IMG/VR virus record: IMGVR_UViG_3300036985_006248
Coordinates: 1 to 64,000 of that record
Strand: one strand, 5' to 3'
Length of the DNA stretch: 64,000 nt
Source: a virus
Below, one piece after another: positions 63,221 through 64,000 of the stretch (position 1 is the first letter of the stretch; each line of letters opens with the position of its first letter). The position numbers were made by a program, and so were the translations under genes. The notes under the pieces were generated by a model. It had not been told where the DNA came from and made no database searches. It was given only the letters and a program-made list of their open reading frames with translations.

Positions 63221-63301
63221 TTGTTTATATTCCTTTACAATATATAGATTTAACTACAGATTTTCACTAGTGTAAGTTGTACAGTATGTTTGCTGACTTA
63301 G

Positions 63302-64000
63302 TTATGCTGCTGGAACTTCTGGCGGTACTTCTGCTCCAACTTCCTCGCTGCCTACTGGCGGTACCTCTGCCGTTGCTACTGGCGCAGCCCCTTGAAGTGC
63401 TGCGTCTTTCTTTGCTTTCTCAGCCTCATATTCTGGAGTTGTGGGTTCCTCCGGGGTAGCCTGTAGCTCTGTTTCAAACTTATCAAAATATAATTTAGTG
63501 TTTGTTAATAGATAATCGTAGAATGTTTCGCGGTCTTGTTCATTTGACAATAAAGAATAAGTTTCAAGAATTTGCTTTTGAATCTTCTTAAAGGTTTCAA
63601 GAGCAAAGTTTCTTCCTGTAAGGTCTTCAGTCTCGATTGCTTGGAAGGCATTAACTGGGTTTGGCTTCTCTACTTTCTTTGGTTTCTTAACGTCAATGAA
63701 ATTAGGATCTGCCTCTGGAGTGCCGGGAACAGGTTCTTCTCCCTGCTCTTTTAACTCACCAGTTGGCTGCGCTGCTGCTGGAGCCGCCACCGGGGCTGGG
63801 GCTTTTCCACCGGCATTCTTCTTATCCACAGCAAAGTATACAGAAGCCGTAGATAAGAGATTTTGAATAGCACGAAGAATATGCGCTTTGAAAGACTTAC
63901 GTTGTGCTTCGTCGGTCTTTAAATCCTTATAACCAGACTCTAAGATTGGAACAATGCTACTAAGTAGTTTTTCAAGTGCATTGATACCAGTAGATTCATG
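63302..64000 (-). CDS. Conserved phage hypothetical protein, 5'-partial
   Basis: Frame stays open upstream of 63829 to the edge (HESTGINALEKLL...QRKSFKAHI...); DLTGRNFA, FYDYLLTN.KLYFDKFE. Confidence 0.75.
   Translation of the reverse strand, partial: HESTGINALEKLLSSIVPILESGYKDLKTDEAQRKSFKAHILRAIQNLLSTASVYFAVDKKNAGGKAPAPVAAPAAAQPTGELKEQGEEPVPGTPEADPNFIDVKKPKKVEKPNPVNAFQAIETEDLTGRNFALETFKKIQKQILETYSLLSNEQDRETFYDYLLTNTKLYFDKFETELQATPEEPTTPEYEAEKAKKDAALQGAAPVATAEVPPVGSEEVGAEVPPEVPAA

Noticed and set aside
451-63754. Plus-strand ORFs in the ORF track
   Set aside because: All are antisense shadows of longer minus-strand genes with recognisable motifs; none shows a recognisable domain.
1-64000. 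Stop-codon reassignment
   Set aside because: Very long genes are intact in the standard code, and TAA, TAG and TGA all terminate genes with tight packing.

Overview
AT-rich segment of a large tailed-phage (myovirus-like, probably jumbo) genome, with essentially all real genes on the minus strand in the standard genetic code. In transcription order (right to left) it holds: (1) accessory and lysis genes (GH19 endolysin, C39-like peptidase, ClpP-like protease); (2) a ~300-nt highly structured intergenic RNA whose core resembles the uL11-binding/GTPase-associated centre (H43-H44) of 23S rRNA, then tRNA-Ala(UGC) and a SpoU/TrmH methyltransferase; (3) PIN-PhoH with a class 3 intein and a PD-(D/E)XK nuclease; (4) a glycosylation cluster (gmd, GT4s, sugar C-methyltransferase, FkbM-like) in which one glycosyltransferase is split by an ORF-less group I intron missed by the ORF track, with homing-endonuclease remnants on both sides of gmd; (5) a phage sigma factor; (6) a ~37-kb tail/baseplate module (M15 peptidase hub, gp25- and gp6-like wedge, LamG and fibre proteins); (7) replication/recombination genes (RuvC-like resolvase, GIY-YIG endonuclease, primase, an SbcD-SbcC fusion running off the left edge). 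The most novel candidate is the rRNA-mimicking ncRNA at 60641-60944. All family assignments come from motif recognition by eye; no database searches were run.
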